Position numbers and translations under genes: made by a program. From the NCBI GenBank assembly GCA_963838215.1, contig CAWIQG010000007.1:8308-72307 (forward strand): 64,000 nt of DNA, read 5' to 3'. The stretch comes from an uncultured Bacteroidales bacterium. GTDB taxonomy: Bacteria; Bacteroidota; Bacteroidia; Bacteroidales; VadinHA17. The notes under the pieces were generated by a model. It made no database searches and was not told the DNA's origin. It saw only the letters and a program-made list of their open reading frames with translations. Below, piece by piece: positions 16,865 to 26,921 of this stretch. How positions within the stretch are numbered: the stretch's first letter is position 1; each line of letters starts with the position of its first letter.

Positions 16865-17959
16865 ATGGGTTTTAACCTTAAAGAAATATATGACTTATTT
16901 GTTACGGATGGTACCTTTCTTAACGGGGAACCTTTTGGCAGCGGACATATTCATGATACATTCAGGATAGAGACAGTTGAAAAAGACAAGGACGATTATA
17001 TACTTCAGCGTCTCAACACAAAGATTTTTAAAAATATTCCGCAACTCCAGAATAATATTGAAAGAGTCACCATTCATTTAAGAAAAAAAATAGAAGCTAT
17101 ACAAGGTTCCAATATCAAAAGAGAGTGCCTGAGACTGATCCCTTCCAGGGATGGGAAAAGCTGGATAATTGATAATGATGGTAATTACTGGAGAATGTAT
17201 ATTTTCATTTCCAACCATCGTTCCTATAATGTGGTTGATAGCCCTGATAAAGCATTTGAAGGTGGCAAAGCGATTGGCCGTTTCCAGGCAATGTTGTCTG
17301 ATATGAAGGAGGATCCACTTTTCGAGACCATTCCATGGTTTCATAATATAGAAAAACGACTTCAGACACTTATTCTTAAAATAAGCGAAAACCCGGTTGG
17401 ACGCGCAGGAATTGTCAGCGACGAAATAAATCAGGTTCTTAATCGGGCAGAAGAGATGAAGATTATATTAAAACTGGGGAAAGAGGAAAAGATTCCTGTA
17501 AGAATTACCCATAATGATACTAAATTCAATAACATACTGCTTGATGAAAACGACAAAGCGTTATGTGTTATTGATCTCGACACTGTAATGCCCGGATATG
17601 TCCATTATGACTTTGGTGATGCCATAAGAACTGCCGCAAATTCCGCTTCAGAAGATGAAAAAGATCTTTCGAAAATTAAAATGGATATTATTCTTTTTGA
17701 GGCATATTCTGAAGGGTACCTTTCTGAAACCGGTCAAACATTGAACGATATAGAGAAAGAATACCTGGCATTTGCGCCTATATTAATTACATACACTATT
17801 GCGGTCCGCTTTCTTACGGATTTTATTGATGGTGATAATTATTTCAAAATCAATCACGAATTCCATAATCTTCAAAGAGCAAGGGCTCAGCTCAGACTTA
17901 TGATGAGCATGGAAGAGCAGTATGAATCTATGAAGAGGATCATCAGGAACTTAATATGA
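16865..17959 (+). CDS. APH-fold sugar kinase (N-acetylhexosamine 1-kinase/MdsC-like)
   Basis: G.GHIHDT, YILQRLN, R.THNDTKFNN, VIDLDTVMPG...YDFGDAIR, RFLTDF..GD.YFK, HNLQRARAQ. Confidence 0.85.
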   Translation: MGFNLKEIYDLFVTDGTFLNGEPFGSGHIHDTFRIETVEKDKDDYILQRLNTKIFKNIPQLQNNIERVTIHLRKKIEAIQGSNIKRECLRLIPSRDGKSWIIDNDGNYWRMYIFISNHRSYNVVDSPDKAFEGGKAIGRFQAMLSDMKEDPLFETIPWFHNIEKRLQTLILKISENPVGRAGIVSDEINQVLNRAEEMKIILKLGKEEKIPVRITHNDTKFNNILLDENDKALCVIDLDTVMPGYVHYDFGDAIRTAANSASEDEKDLSKIKMDIILFEAYSEGYLSETGQTLNDIEKEYLAFAPILITYTIAVRFLTDFIDGDNYFKINHEFHNLQRARAQLRLMMSMEEQYESMKRIIRNLI

Positions 17960-18012
17960 GGTACAGATAAAACGCCTTGCAACATACAACATTTTAAAGA
18001 AATAGATTCACT

Positions 18013-18636
18013 ATGGACAAAATGGATTGGACAAAAGATGAAATTAAGTTCCTGAAAACTATAACCGATCCTGATAAAATTCAGGGCTTTCTTGATTCAA
18101 TCGATTATAATCCAGGTTACGAATGCCGGTCACCCCGATGGGTGATTAAAAAGAGATCGGCCCATTGTTTTGAGGGTGCCCTTTTTGCTGCAGCAGTACT
18201 GCAGTTTATCGGATATCCTCCATTATTAGTTGACCTGAAGGCCTATAATGATGATGATCATGTTATTGCAGTTTTTAAACAAGAAGGTAAATGGGGGGCA
18301 GTAGCTAAATCGAATTTTACAACTTTAAGATACAGAGAGCCAGTTTATCGCTCACTTCGGGAGCTTGTTATGTCTTATTTTGATTTTTATTTCAATATTG
18401 TCGGGGATAAGTCTTTACGATCGTACTCTCTCCCATTGGATCTTTCAATTTATAATTCCCGCAAATGGGTAATAACGGATGAAGATCTTGAATTTATCGG
18501 TGATAAACTGGAGAAAATCCGTCATTATCCGGTGGTGGATAACAGAATGATAAAAAGCCTCAGTAAGGCAAGTGATACTATGCTTAAAGCAGGTATGATG
18601 GGTTCTAATGTGGAGGGACTCTTTAAACCAAAATAG
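18013..18636 (+). CDS. Conserved hypothetical protein with a papain/transglutaminase-like Cys-His pattern
   Basis: AHCFEGALFAAA, DDDHVIAVF, WGAVAKSN, REPVYRSLRELVMSYF. Confidence 0.65.
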   Translation: MDKMDWTKDEIKFLKTITDPDKIQGFLDSIDYNPGYECRSPRWVIKKRSAHCFEGALFAAAVLQFIGYPPLLVDLKAYNDDDHVIAVFKQEGKWGAVAKSNFTTLRYREPVYRSLRELVMSYFDFYFNIVGDKSLRSYSLPLDLSIYNSRKWVITDEDLEFIGDKLEKIRHYPVVDNRMIKSLSKASDTMLKAGMMGSNVEGLFKPK

Positions 18637-18805
18637 AAATGAATTGGGAATGGGAAATAGATACGGAAGGGATCCGGTCGAAAAAAATGGTTATTTATTT
18701 ATCTGATTATCTTAGTATTATATAGGATGTTTACTTTACGGTCGAAAATACTTTTTGTATTTATCCCGATATTGCCTACTTTTGAAACCGCTAAAATATT
18801 CTTGT

Positions 18806-20362
18806 ATGGATTTATCGGGTAAGTATTATAAAGCCTTCGTCGACAGACAGGAGGCTATAAAGAAGCAATATAGTTCCAAACAGGCCGAGAAACAGCATTC
18901 AAAAGGAAAGCTAACTGCTCATGAACGTATCAGCCTTCTATTTGATAATGGAACTTTTGAAGAGATTGACGAATTCGTAACCCCTGCAGATCAACCGGTG
19001 GAATTCGGAAAAGTTGAAAGATCTTATGGCGATGGAGTCATTGTTGGCCATGGGAAAGTGAATGGCCGTCTGGTTTTCTCCTATGCCCAGGATTTTATAA
19101 TAATGGGAGGATCGCTGGGAATTGTTCACGCTAAAAAAATAGCTAAAATACAGGAAATGGCGTTGAAGATGGGCGCTCCGATTATAGCTCTTATCGATTC
19201 AGGCGGAGCAAGAATTCAGGAGGGTGTTGCCAGTCTCAGTGGATATGCCTCAATCTTCCAGAATATAATACATTCCTCAGGAATAATTCCGCAGATCTCA
19301 GTAATTATGGGTCCGGCTGCCGGAGGGGCTGTCTACTCTCCTGCCCTTACCGACTTTGTCTTCATGGTTAATCATACAAGCTATATGTTCGTCACCGGTC
19401 CAAGTGTTGTCAAAGAGGTATTAAATGAAGATGTATCATTTGACGGACTAGGAGGAGCAGAAATTCATGCCCGTAAAAGCGGCGTAGCTCATATGATTTA
19501 TGATGATGAGGAAAATACCATCCTTGCACTAAAGAAGTTTTTGTCCTATCTCCCTTCCAATAATGTTGAAAACCCTCCGGTAGTTGCTGATGACGGATCT
19601 GTAAGCGACATTAATGAAAAACTGAGGGATATTGTACCCGATGATCCTAATAAGGCGTATGATGTTAAGGATGTTATAGGTCAGATTGCTGACAGGAACA
19701 GTTTTTTTGAAACATCTGAACTTTTTGGATCCAGTCTTGTCACAGGATTTGCCAGGTTAAAAGGTAAAACAATTGGTGTTGTAGCCAATCAGCCTAAAGT
19801 TCTTGCCGGAGTACTGGATATTGATTCTTCAACAAAAGGCGCCAGATTTATAAGGTTTTGTGATGCATTTAATATTCCAATAATCACTCTCGAAGATGTT
19901 CCGGGTTTCCTCCCCGGGGTAGATCAGGAACATGCTGGTATTATCAGGCATGGTGCAAAAATGCTTTTTGCATACAGCGAAGCTACCGTTCCGAAAATAA
20001 CCATAATTCTCCGTAAAGCGTATGGTGGAGCTTTCATTGTCATGAACAGTAAAAACCTTGGTGGTGACTTCAGCTTTGCCTGGCCATCTGCTGAGATTGC
20101 TGTTATGGGTCCGGATGGAGCTGTAGCCATTCTATACAGAAAAGAACTTTCTGAATCAAAAAACCCTGTTGAACTGAAAAAAGAGCTGGTTAAAAAATAC
20201 CGCGATAAAATTGCAAATCCTTTTATCGCTGACGAAAGTGGTTATATTGATGAGGTAATTGATCCTGCTGTTACCAGGAAAAAGATTGTCTCTGCGCTAA
20301 ATGCTCTTAATAACAAATGGGTTAAAGTTCCGGCAAGGAAACATGGGAATATGCCGCTGTAA
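18806..20362 (+). CDS. Acyl-CoA carboxylase carboxyltransferase (beta) subunit, PccB-like
   Basis: DSGGARIQEG, GPAAGGAVYSPALTD, RFIRFCDAFNIP, GIIRHGAK, RKAYGGA, RKHGNMPL. Confidence 0.95.
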   Translation: MDLSGKYYKAFVDRQEAIKKQYSSKQAEKQHSKGKLTAHERISLLFDNGTFEEIDEFVTPADQPVEFGKVERSYGDGVIVGHGKVNGRLVFSYAQDFIIMGGSLGIVHAKKIAKIQEMALKMGAPIIALIDSGGARIQEGVASLSGYASIFQNIIHSSGIIPQISVIMGPAAGGAVYSPALTDFVFMVNHTSYMFVTGPSVVKEVLNEDVSFDGLGGAEIHARKSGVAHMIYDDEENTILALKKFLSYLPSNNVENPPVVADDGSVSDINEKLRDIVPDDPNKAYDVKDVIGQIADRNSFFETSELFGSSLVTGFARLKGKTIGVVANQPKVLAGVLDIDSSTKGARFIRFCDAFNIPIITLEDVPGFLPGVDQEHAGIIRHGAKMLFAYSEATVPKITIILRKAYGGAFIVMNSKNLGGDFSFAWPSAEIAVMGPDGAVAILYRKELSESKNPVELKKELVKKYRDKIANPFIADESGYIDEVIDPAVTRKKIVSALNALNNKWVKVPARKHGNMPL

Positions 20363-20459
20363 GGGCGCAGGGCGCAGGGCGAAAGGCGAAAGGCAAAAGA
20401 CAAAAATCAATGTTTTAATACAGACAGAATTAGCCCCTTTTAGAATGGGGTTGGGGGTA
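20361..20459. repeat. Heptamer array plus REP-like hairpin inside the carboxylase operon
   Basis: (A/C)AGGGCG/AAAGGCG x5-6 at 20361-20405 (same heptamer as in the 159-bp repeats); hairpin 20432-20459 related to 6773-6799. Confidence 0.75.
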
Positions 20460-20512
20460 AAAAATCATCGACAGGTGACATTCCATAGAACTCCGGAATT
20501 AAAATATATAAA

Positions 20513-22018
20513 ATGAAAATAAAAAGGATATTAATTGCTAACAGGGGCGAAATTGCAGTCAGGATCATGAAGACTGCCCGAAGTATGAAAATTGAAACAG
20601 TTGCTGTTAAAACGGCAGTTGAACCAAATGCAATGTATCTTTCATTAGCCGACATGATTTATGATAATACTGAAGATGTCACTGAAATACCTGTCTTTCT
20701 GAACATCGAAAAACTTATAGCAATTGCACTGAAAACAAATTCCGATGCTCTTCACCCGGGTTACGGCTTCCTCGCAGAGAATGCTTACTTTGCCCAAAAG
20801 TGCAATGATAATAAAATAGTTTTCATTGGCCCCTCTCCTGATGCGATTTATAAAATGGGTAACAAAACTATTGCACGGAAGATTGCCTTAGCCAGTGAAA
20901 TTCCAATGGCTATGGGAAGTGAAGACAATATTTCCAATGAAGAAGAAGCTGCTGTTGTTGCCAAAAAAATTGGTTATCCTGTAATAATAAAAGCTGCTTC
21001 CGGAGGTGGAGGAAGAGGTATGAGGATTGTCCGGAAAGCTGATGAAATGGAAAAGATGTTCATAATTGCAAGCAAAGAGGCAGAAAAAGCTTTTAACGAT
21101 CCATCAGTATTTATCGAAAAATATATAGAAAATCCGAAACACATTGAATTTCAAATACTCGGCGACACTCATGGCAATGTTATACATCTTGGAGAAAGAG
21201 AGTGTTCAATTCAGAGAAAACATCAGAAACTTCTGGAGGAAGCTCCATCGTGTGCCCTGAATGAGAAGCTCAGGAAAAAGATGGGCAATATGGCTGTTCA
21301 GATAGCAAAGGCGGTCAACTACTATTCAGCCGGAACGGTTGAGTTCCTTCTTGACTCTGATAAAAATTTCTATTTCATGGAAATGAATACACGGATACAA
21401 GTGGAACATCCTGTTACAGAGATTATCACAGGAATTGACCTCATTGAACAGCAAATTAGAATCGCTTGCGGAGAATCGCTAAAGTATAAACAGGAAGATA
21501 TAAAACTTCATGGATGGGCGATAGAATGCAGAATAAACGCAGAAGATGTTCAGGCAGGATTTGCCCCTGACCCAGGGAAAATTGAAAGCTTGCACATGCC
21601 TTCTGACTCATGCGTAAGAATTGATTCAGGCGTTCAGTCAGGTTCTTCGATAGTTTCAAGCTACGACTCAATGATAGCCAAACTGATTGTTAAAGGTAAA
21701 GACAGGAAAGAGGCAATAAAGAATTGCAAAATGGCCTTGGATAAAGTTTGGATCAAAGGGACAAAAACTACACTGCCGTTCTTCCGGATGCTGGTACGCC
21801 ATCAAAAATTTCAGGATGGTACTTTTACAACAGCATTTATTGAAAAAGACCTGGATAAGTACTATTTCAACAGCGAATATGAAGAGATGCTGGCAGCATG
21901 GCTTGCAACAAAATTATTTATTGAAGAGAACCTGAATGATGACAGCATCAACATCGATTTTGAACATGGGAAAGAGATGAGCCCGTGGTTACTGAATAAA
22001 AGAATTAATCAGTTTTAA
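20513..22018 (+). CDS. accC: Biotin carboxylase subunit
   Basis: ILIANRGEIAVRI, HPGYGFLAEN, GGGGRGMR, ERECSIQRKHQK, EMNTRIQVEHPVTE, YDSMIAKL. Confidence 0.93.
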   Translation: MKIKRILIANRGEIAVRIMKTARSMKIETVAVKTAVEPNAMYLSLADMIYDNTEDVTEIPVFLNIEKLIAIALKTNSDALHPGYGFLAENAYFAQKCNDNKIVFIGPSPDAIYKMGNKTIARKIALASEIPMAMGSEDNISNEEEAAVVAKKIGYPVIIKAASGGGGRGMRIVRKADEMEKMFIIASKEAEKAFNDPSVFIEKYIENPKHIEFQILGDTHGNVIHLGERECSIQRKHQKLLEEAPSCALNEKLRKKMGNMAVQIAKAVNYYSAGTVEFLLDSDKNFYFMEMNTRIQVEHPVTEIITGIDLIEQQIRIACGESLKYKQEDIKLHGWAIECRINAEDVQAGFAPDPGKIESLHMPSDSCVRIDSGVQSGSSIVSSYDSMIAKLIVKGKDRKEAIKNCKMALDKVWIKGTKTTLPFFRMLVRHQKFQDGTFTTAFIEKDLDKYYFNSEYEEMLAAWLATKLFIEENLNDDSINIDFEHGKEMSPWLLNKRINQF

Positions 22019-22032
22019 ATCAATCCATAATA

Positions 22033-22560
22033 ATGGTAAACGATAAATTCCATATAAAAAAGCTCTATGCACTTTCATCGGAAAACAGAAAATTCAGTTT
22101 TTCTCTTCCTCTGAAGCAAACAATCAGGATTGGAAAAAGGGATTATGATGTTAAACTGAAGGCTGATGAAAAATATGGCACCTATATTTTGTGGAAGAAC
22201 CGGAAGTACCCTGTTGAAATTATCCGGTCACGTCAAAACAAATATGAGATCCTTTTTAATGACATAAGTTATACTTTCACAGTTGAGACACCTTTCTCAC
22301 TTAAAAGGATGAAGGTATTGAATTCGAAAAGAGGAAAGGTTGAAAAGGAGTTCATTAAAGCTCCCATGCCAGGGAAAATAATTGATGTTCTGGTAAGAGA
22401 AGGATCCAGTGTTCTCAGGGGTGAACCTGTTGTGATACTGGAAGCGATGAAAATGCAAAACGAAATATTATCTCCGGTAAATGGATTGATTGTAAAAGTC
22501 ACAGCCAGGACAAATACCAACGTTATGAAGGATGATCTCCTTGTTGAGATTAAATTATAG
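22033..22560 (+). CDS. Biotin carboxyl carrier protein
   Basis: APMPGKI...EAMKMQNE biotinylation motif. Confidence 0.93.
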   Translation: MVNDKFHIKKLYALSSENRKFSFSLPLKQTIRIGKRDYDVKLKADEKYGTYILWKNRKYPVEIIRSRQNKYEILFNDISYTFTVETPFSLKRMKVLNSKRGKVEKEFIKAPMPGKIIDVLVREGSSVLRGEPVVILEAMKMQNEILSPVNGLIVKVTARTNTNVMKDDLLVEIKL

Positions 22561-22598
22561 ATTTCAGCATTATTTCTTCTCTATTTCCTGATTCCTAA

Positions 22599-23327
22599 TC
22601 AATTATACTTCTTATTCTGAAAATGATAGAATAGTACCAGAATGCAACCAAATGTAATTATGATTGATATTGTTCCGTAAACAAGGCTTTCAGCAGGGAC
22701 AGAAGTTATCCATGCACAACTTATCCAGTACAATGGAGAAAAAAATGCAAAATAATTCCAGGGATGATGGAAAAGTAGCCCGAATGGGATTGCAGCCAGG
22801 AAAATCCCATATAACTTAGAAAGAGTCCGTCCTCTGGCTTTATCTGCTGCAAGGCTTCCTGTAAAAATAAAAACAAAACCTGTCTGGGATGACAGAAGAA
22901 TAGTAACAAAAGTGGTTCTTAACCATCCCTCGGTCGGGACGGGATTAGTAATAATGATAGTCAGCAACACTATAATAAAACTCAGAAAACCTGATCTTAT
23001 CATTCGTATAGCGAGAGAAAATAGATTACGGATTGGTGTTGCAATACTGAAATGAGCTACGTCCAGATTGTACTCATCGAAAAACATAAATGCATGTATA
23101 ACACCAAAAACAGCAGGAATTGCAGAAATAATAATAATCTCCGTTAATGTAAAATAGTTACTGATCAGCATGTCAGTTTTAACAGAGACAAAACCGGAGA
23201 TCAGCAAAAAAGTGAGTTTAAGAAAGATTGCAAGTATTAGAGGAGTCAGTATCGCCGCCAGAAGCTTTGGATTACCTGCAATATACCTTATATCAGCATT
23301 TAATAATCCTTTAAATCTGGCCCACAT
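22599..23327 (-). CDS. ABC-2 type exporter permease-like membrane protein
   Basis: About 6 TM helices; resembles fluoroquinolone-export permeases (FMFFDE...ATP, FSPLYW). Confidence 0.6.
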   Translation of the reverse strand: MWARFKGLLNADIRYIAGNPKLLAAILTPLILAIFLKLTFLLISGFVSVKTDMLISNYFTLTEIIIISAIPAVFGVIHAFMFFDEYNLDVAHFSIATPIRNLFSLAIRMIRSGFLSFIIVLLTIIITNPVPTEGWLRTTFVTILLSSQTGFVFIFTGSLAADKARGRTLSKLYGIFLAAIPFGLLFHHPWNYFAFFSPLYWISCAWITSVPAESLVYGTISIIITFGCILVLFYHFQNKKYN

Positions 23328-23350
23328 AATTCTTTAATCGCAATAAATGA

Positions 23351-23383
23351 AACAAAAGAGGTTTCCCGCTGGTGAGAAACCTC
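23351..23383 (-). terminator. Intrinsic terminator after pepD
   Basis: GAGGTTTC-N10-GAAACCTC stem followed by TTTTGTT on the minus strand. Confidence 0.7.
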
Positions 23384-23392
23384 CCGTATTTT

Positions 23393-24853
23393 TTAGCTTT
23401 TAACAGGAATATGCTTAAGCGTGCCAACAAGGAAATCCCAGAACCTCTTCACTGAAGCGATATTAACCTTCTCATCAGGAGAGTGCGGGTATTTGATTGT
23501 CGGACCGAAGGAGATCATATCGAGGTTTGGGTAAACACCACCAAGAATGCCACATTCGAGACCAGCATGAATGGCTTTTCTTTCAGGAATTTTTCCAAAC
23601 ATATCTTTGTAAACGTCGCTCATTGTTTTCAGGATTGGAGATTGTATATTTGGTTTCCATCCCGGGTAGCTGCCAGTTAGGGTAACTTCAGCTCCGATCA
23701 ATTGAAAAACAGCTGCAATCCTCCATGCTGTTGACTCTTTCGCGGAATCAACAGAGCTGCGTGTAAGACAATAAGTTTCAAACTTGCCTCCTATACATCT
23801 GACTATTGCAAGGTTGTTCGATGTCTCAACCAATCCTTTCATAGCCTGACTCATTCGTACAACTCCATTTGGACATACAAACAAGGCCCTTATGATCCTG
23901 TATTGTTCGCCCTGGTTCATTACTTTGGGGGGGAGTGCAACTTTTTCAAAAGTGAACGACATATCCGGCTCAGTATCTGAGAATTCTGCTCTGTAGATCA
24001 TTTCATAACCCTTCACAAATTTTTCAAATTCTTTTGCCTTAATTTCGGGTATAAGAACAATTGAGTAGGATTCCCTTGGAATTGCATTCCTCAGGTCGCC
24101 ACCAGCTGCTTCAGCCAGCCTTATACCAAAATCATTCTCTGCCTGCATAAGAAACCTGAACATTATCTTGCTGGAATTAGCTCTTCCCAAAGCAATATCA
24201 ACTCCAGAATGACCTCCCTTTAGACCCTTAGCAACAATTTTATATGCAATCATTCCTTTAGGAGGCTTTTCTTCCGCATAATCCTTTTTAATATTTACAT
24301 CAATTCCACCTGCACAACCAACGTAAAGTTCACCCTCATCCTCAGAGTCAAGATTCATCAGAATATCGCCTTTCAGCAGACCTTTTTTAAGTCCGAAAAC
24401 ACCTGCCATTCCTGTTTCTTCATCAACAGTGAAAAGCGCTTCGATCGGTCCATGAGCTATGTTTTTTGAAGCAAGAACTGCCATTGCCGCTGAAACTCCT
24501 ATTCCATTATCAGATCCAAGTGTTGTACCATTTGCTCTTACCCATTCCCCGTCAATAATGGTTTCAATAGGATCTTTTTCAAAATCGTGTATCTTATCGC
24601 TGTTTTTCTGAGGTACCATATCGAGATGTGCCTGGAAAATCACACCTTTCCGGTGTTCCATACCTTTTGTAGCTGGTTTCCTGATAATTACATTACCAAC
24701 TTTATCCACAGCTGTTTCAAGGTTGTTTTTTTTGCCAAACTCCTTCATAAACTCAATCATCTTTTGTTCATGTTTTGAAGGACGCGCGATCTGTGTTATT
24801 TCATGGAAATAATTCCACAATTCTTTTGGTTCAAGATTACGTATGTCGGTCAT
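23393..24853 (-). CDS. pepD: Aminoacyl-histidine dipeptidase (M20C)
   Basis: QAHLDMV, TTLGSDNGIG, TVDEETGM, NLDSE, GGHSG, IHAGLECG, HSPDE. Confidence 0.95.
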   Translation of the reverse strand: MTDIRNLEPKELWNYFHEITQIARPSKHEQKMIEFMKEFGKKNNLETAVDKVGNVIIRKPATKGMEHRKGVIFQAHLDMVPQKNSDKIHDFEKDPIETIIDGEWVRANGTTLGSDNGIGVSAAMAVLASKNIAHGPIEALFTVDEETGMAGVFGLKKGLLKGDILMNLDSEDEGELYVGCAGGIDVNIKKDYAEEKPPKGMIAYKIVAKGLKGGHSGVDIALGRANSSKIMFRFLMQAENDFGIRLAEAAGGDLRNAIPRESYSIVLIPEIKAKEFEKFVKGYEMIYRAEFSDTEPDMSFTFEKVALPPKVMNQGEQYRIIRALFVCPNGVVRMSQAMKGLVETSNNLAIVRCIGGKFETYCLTRSSVDSAKESTAWRIAAVFQLIGAEVTLTGSYPGWKPNIQSPILKTMSDVYKDMFGKIPERKAIHAGLECGILGGVYPNLDMISFGPTIKYPHSPDEKVNIASVKRFWDFLVGTLKHIPVKS

Positions 24854-25160
24854 TTTTAATTCGTTTTAAATTTCAAATTTTTAACTCATTAAAATTAGTA
24901 CAATTTGTGAATAAAAACAATGATAAATTGAGGTATAAGACTAAATCATCCACTTAAATATTTTACTTGTTTTTTATATTAAAAAAATGTCGAAAACTTA
25001 ATTATTGAATAATTTGAATTAAGTACCAATTTTATTACTTTGTGACACCTGATTATGAAAATAAAAAGAAATGTAACTAATATAAAATGAACAACATATC
25101 AATTTATAACAATATAATATTCTTACTTAAGTGCGAAATTAGTCATTTAAAAACCTCAGA

Positions 25161-26147
25161 ATGATATTCCTCTATATTGTTATAGCGTTAGTTCTGATAT
25201 TTGACTTTCTTAACGGATTTCATGATTCAGCTAATTCCATAGCAACAGTTGTCTCAACAAAAGTTCTCTCCCCATTGGCTGCAGTTATTATGGCTGCCTT
25301 CTTCAATTTTATTGCATTTACTGTTTTCCCGTTAAGAGTTGCTCATACTATTGGTAAAGGTGTTGTAAATCCTGATGTTCTGAATCTTACAGTTATTGCA
25401 GCTGCACTTGTAGCTGCAATTACCTGGAATCTACTTACCTGGTGGTGGGGACTCCCTTCAAGTTCATCTCATACATTGGTAGGTGGACTTATAGGTGCTG
25501 CTGTGTCACATTCGGGGATTAGCTCAGTGGTGTTTTCAGGTGTAATAAAAATAGTTTTGTTTATTTTTATAGCGCCAATTATAGGTATGATTATGTCATT
25601 TACAATTTCCACTATTGTAGTTTATATTTTCAGAAATTATACTCCTTCAAACGTCGATAAGTTATTTCGGAGATTACAAATTATTTCTTCATCTGCTTTT
25701 AGTCTGGGACATGGGGGCAATGATGCACAGAAATCGATGGGTATAATCTGGGCAGCTCTAATTGTATCAGGATTGGCTACTAAAAATGATCCGATTGCTT
25801 TATGGATAATTCTTTCATGTCAGTCTGCAATTGCGTTTGGGACGATGTTCGGCGGATGGAGAATTGTTAAAACGATGGGACAGAAAATTACCAAACTGAA
25901 ACCATTTGAGGGCTTCTGTGCAGAAACATCGGGAGCGCTGACACTTTTTGGCGCAACACATTTTGGGATTCCGGTCAGTACAACTCATGTAATCACAGGT
26001 GCAATAATCGGTGTTGGTGCCAGAAAGGGAGCTTCAGCTGTTAAATGGGGTGTTACTAAAAAGATATTCTGGGCTTGGATACTCACAGTACCGATAAGTG
26101 CAGTCATTGGAGGTATTATGTATCACTTTTTCAATTGGATCTTTTAA
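25161..26147 (+). CDS. PiT-family inorganic phosphate transporter
   Basis: NGFHDSANSIAT, PSSSSH, HGGNDAQK, PVSTTH. Confidence 0.95.
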   Translation: MIFLYIVIALVLIFDFLNGFHDSANSIATVVSTKVLSPLAAVIMAAFFNFIAFTVFPLRVAHTIGKGVVNPDVLNLTVIAAALVAAITWNLLTWWWGLPSSSSHTLVGGLIGAAVSHSGISSVVFSGVIKIVLFIFIAPIIGMIMSFTISTIVVYIFRNYTPSNVDKLFRRLQIISSSAFSLGHGGNDAQKSMGIIWAALIVSGLATKNDPIALWIILSCQSAIAFGTMFGGWRIVKTMGQKITKLKPFEGFCAETSGALTLFGATHFGIPVSTTHVITGAIIGVGARKGASAVKWGVTKKIFWAWILTVPISAVIGGIMYHFFNWIF

Positions 26148-26190
26148 GCTTGCCGATAGTATTGGGTTACCATTATTTAAAAAACATAAT

Positions 26191-26841
26191 ATGAATATTG
26201 ATAAATTTCTCAAGTTTTTTGTGCCAAAGGATCATTCCTTTTTCCCTCTTTTTGAAAGTGACGCACAAAACCTGGTTAAAGCAGCGGTACTTCTTAAAGA
26301 GCTAATGTCCAGTACAGAAATCGAAGATCATGAAAGAATCAATAAAGAGATCAAAGATATTGAGCATATAGGCGATCAGATAACTGATAAAACATACGTT
26401 CAGCTCAATAAATCATTCATTACCCCTTTTGACAGGGAAGATATTCATGAATTGACAGCACATATTGATGATGTTGTAGATTCAATAAATGGTATCAGCA
26501 GAAGGATCTGTCTTTATAAACCAAAAAAGCTAATACCTATCTACAAGGAAATGGCAGATGTGATCTGTGATGCTGCAATGCAGATCGAAGTAGCTATTCA
26601 TTGTCTTAAGGATCCAATTGCCAATAAAGAAAAAATAAGGCAGGCATGCACTAATGTTACTGTTATTGAGCACAAGGCAGATGAACTTTACTTTGTAGGC
26701 GTATCTGAGCTATTTGAAAAAGAAGAAGATACGAAAGAATTGCTTAAAAATAACAAAATTCTTGAGATTCTTGAAAGGTGTGTGGATGAAGAAGAAGATG
26801 TTACAGATACCCTTAAATCAATCCTCATAAAGATAGCATAA
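26191..26841 (+). CDS. DUF47 (PhoU-like) Pit accessory protein
   Basis: EH.GD.IT......LNKSFITPFDREDIH.L...DDVVD; directly follows the pit gene. Confidence 0.92.
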   Translation: MNIDKFLKFFVPKDHSFFPLFESDAQNLVKAAVLLKELMSSTEIEDHERINKEIKDIEHIGDQITDKTYVQLNKSFITPFDREDIHELTAHIDDVVDSINGISRRICLYKPKKLIPIYKEMADVICDAAMQIEVAIHCLKDPIANKEKIRQACTNVTVIEHKADELYFVGVSELFEKEEDTKELLKNNKILEILERCVDEEEDVTDTLKSILIKIA

Positions 26842-26869
26842 AACTATAAATACTAGGTTCTCGGTTGTA

Positions 26870-26904
26870 GTATGCGGTATATTTACCTAAATTATACCGC
26901 ATAC
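26870..26904. terminator. Hairpin between convergent genes
   Basis: Perfect 12-bp stem GTATGCGGTATA/TATACCGCATAC with an 11-nt loop. Confidence 0.7.
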
Positions 26905-26921
26905 CATAAACTTCAAATCTC

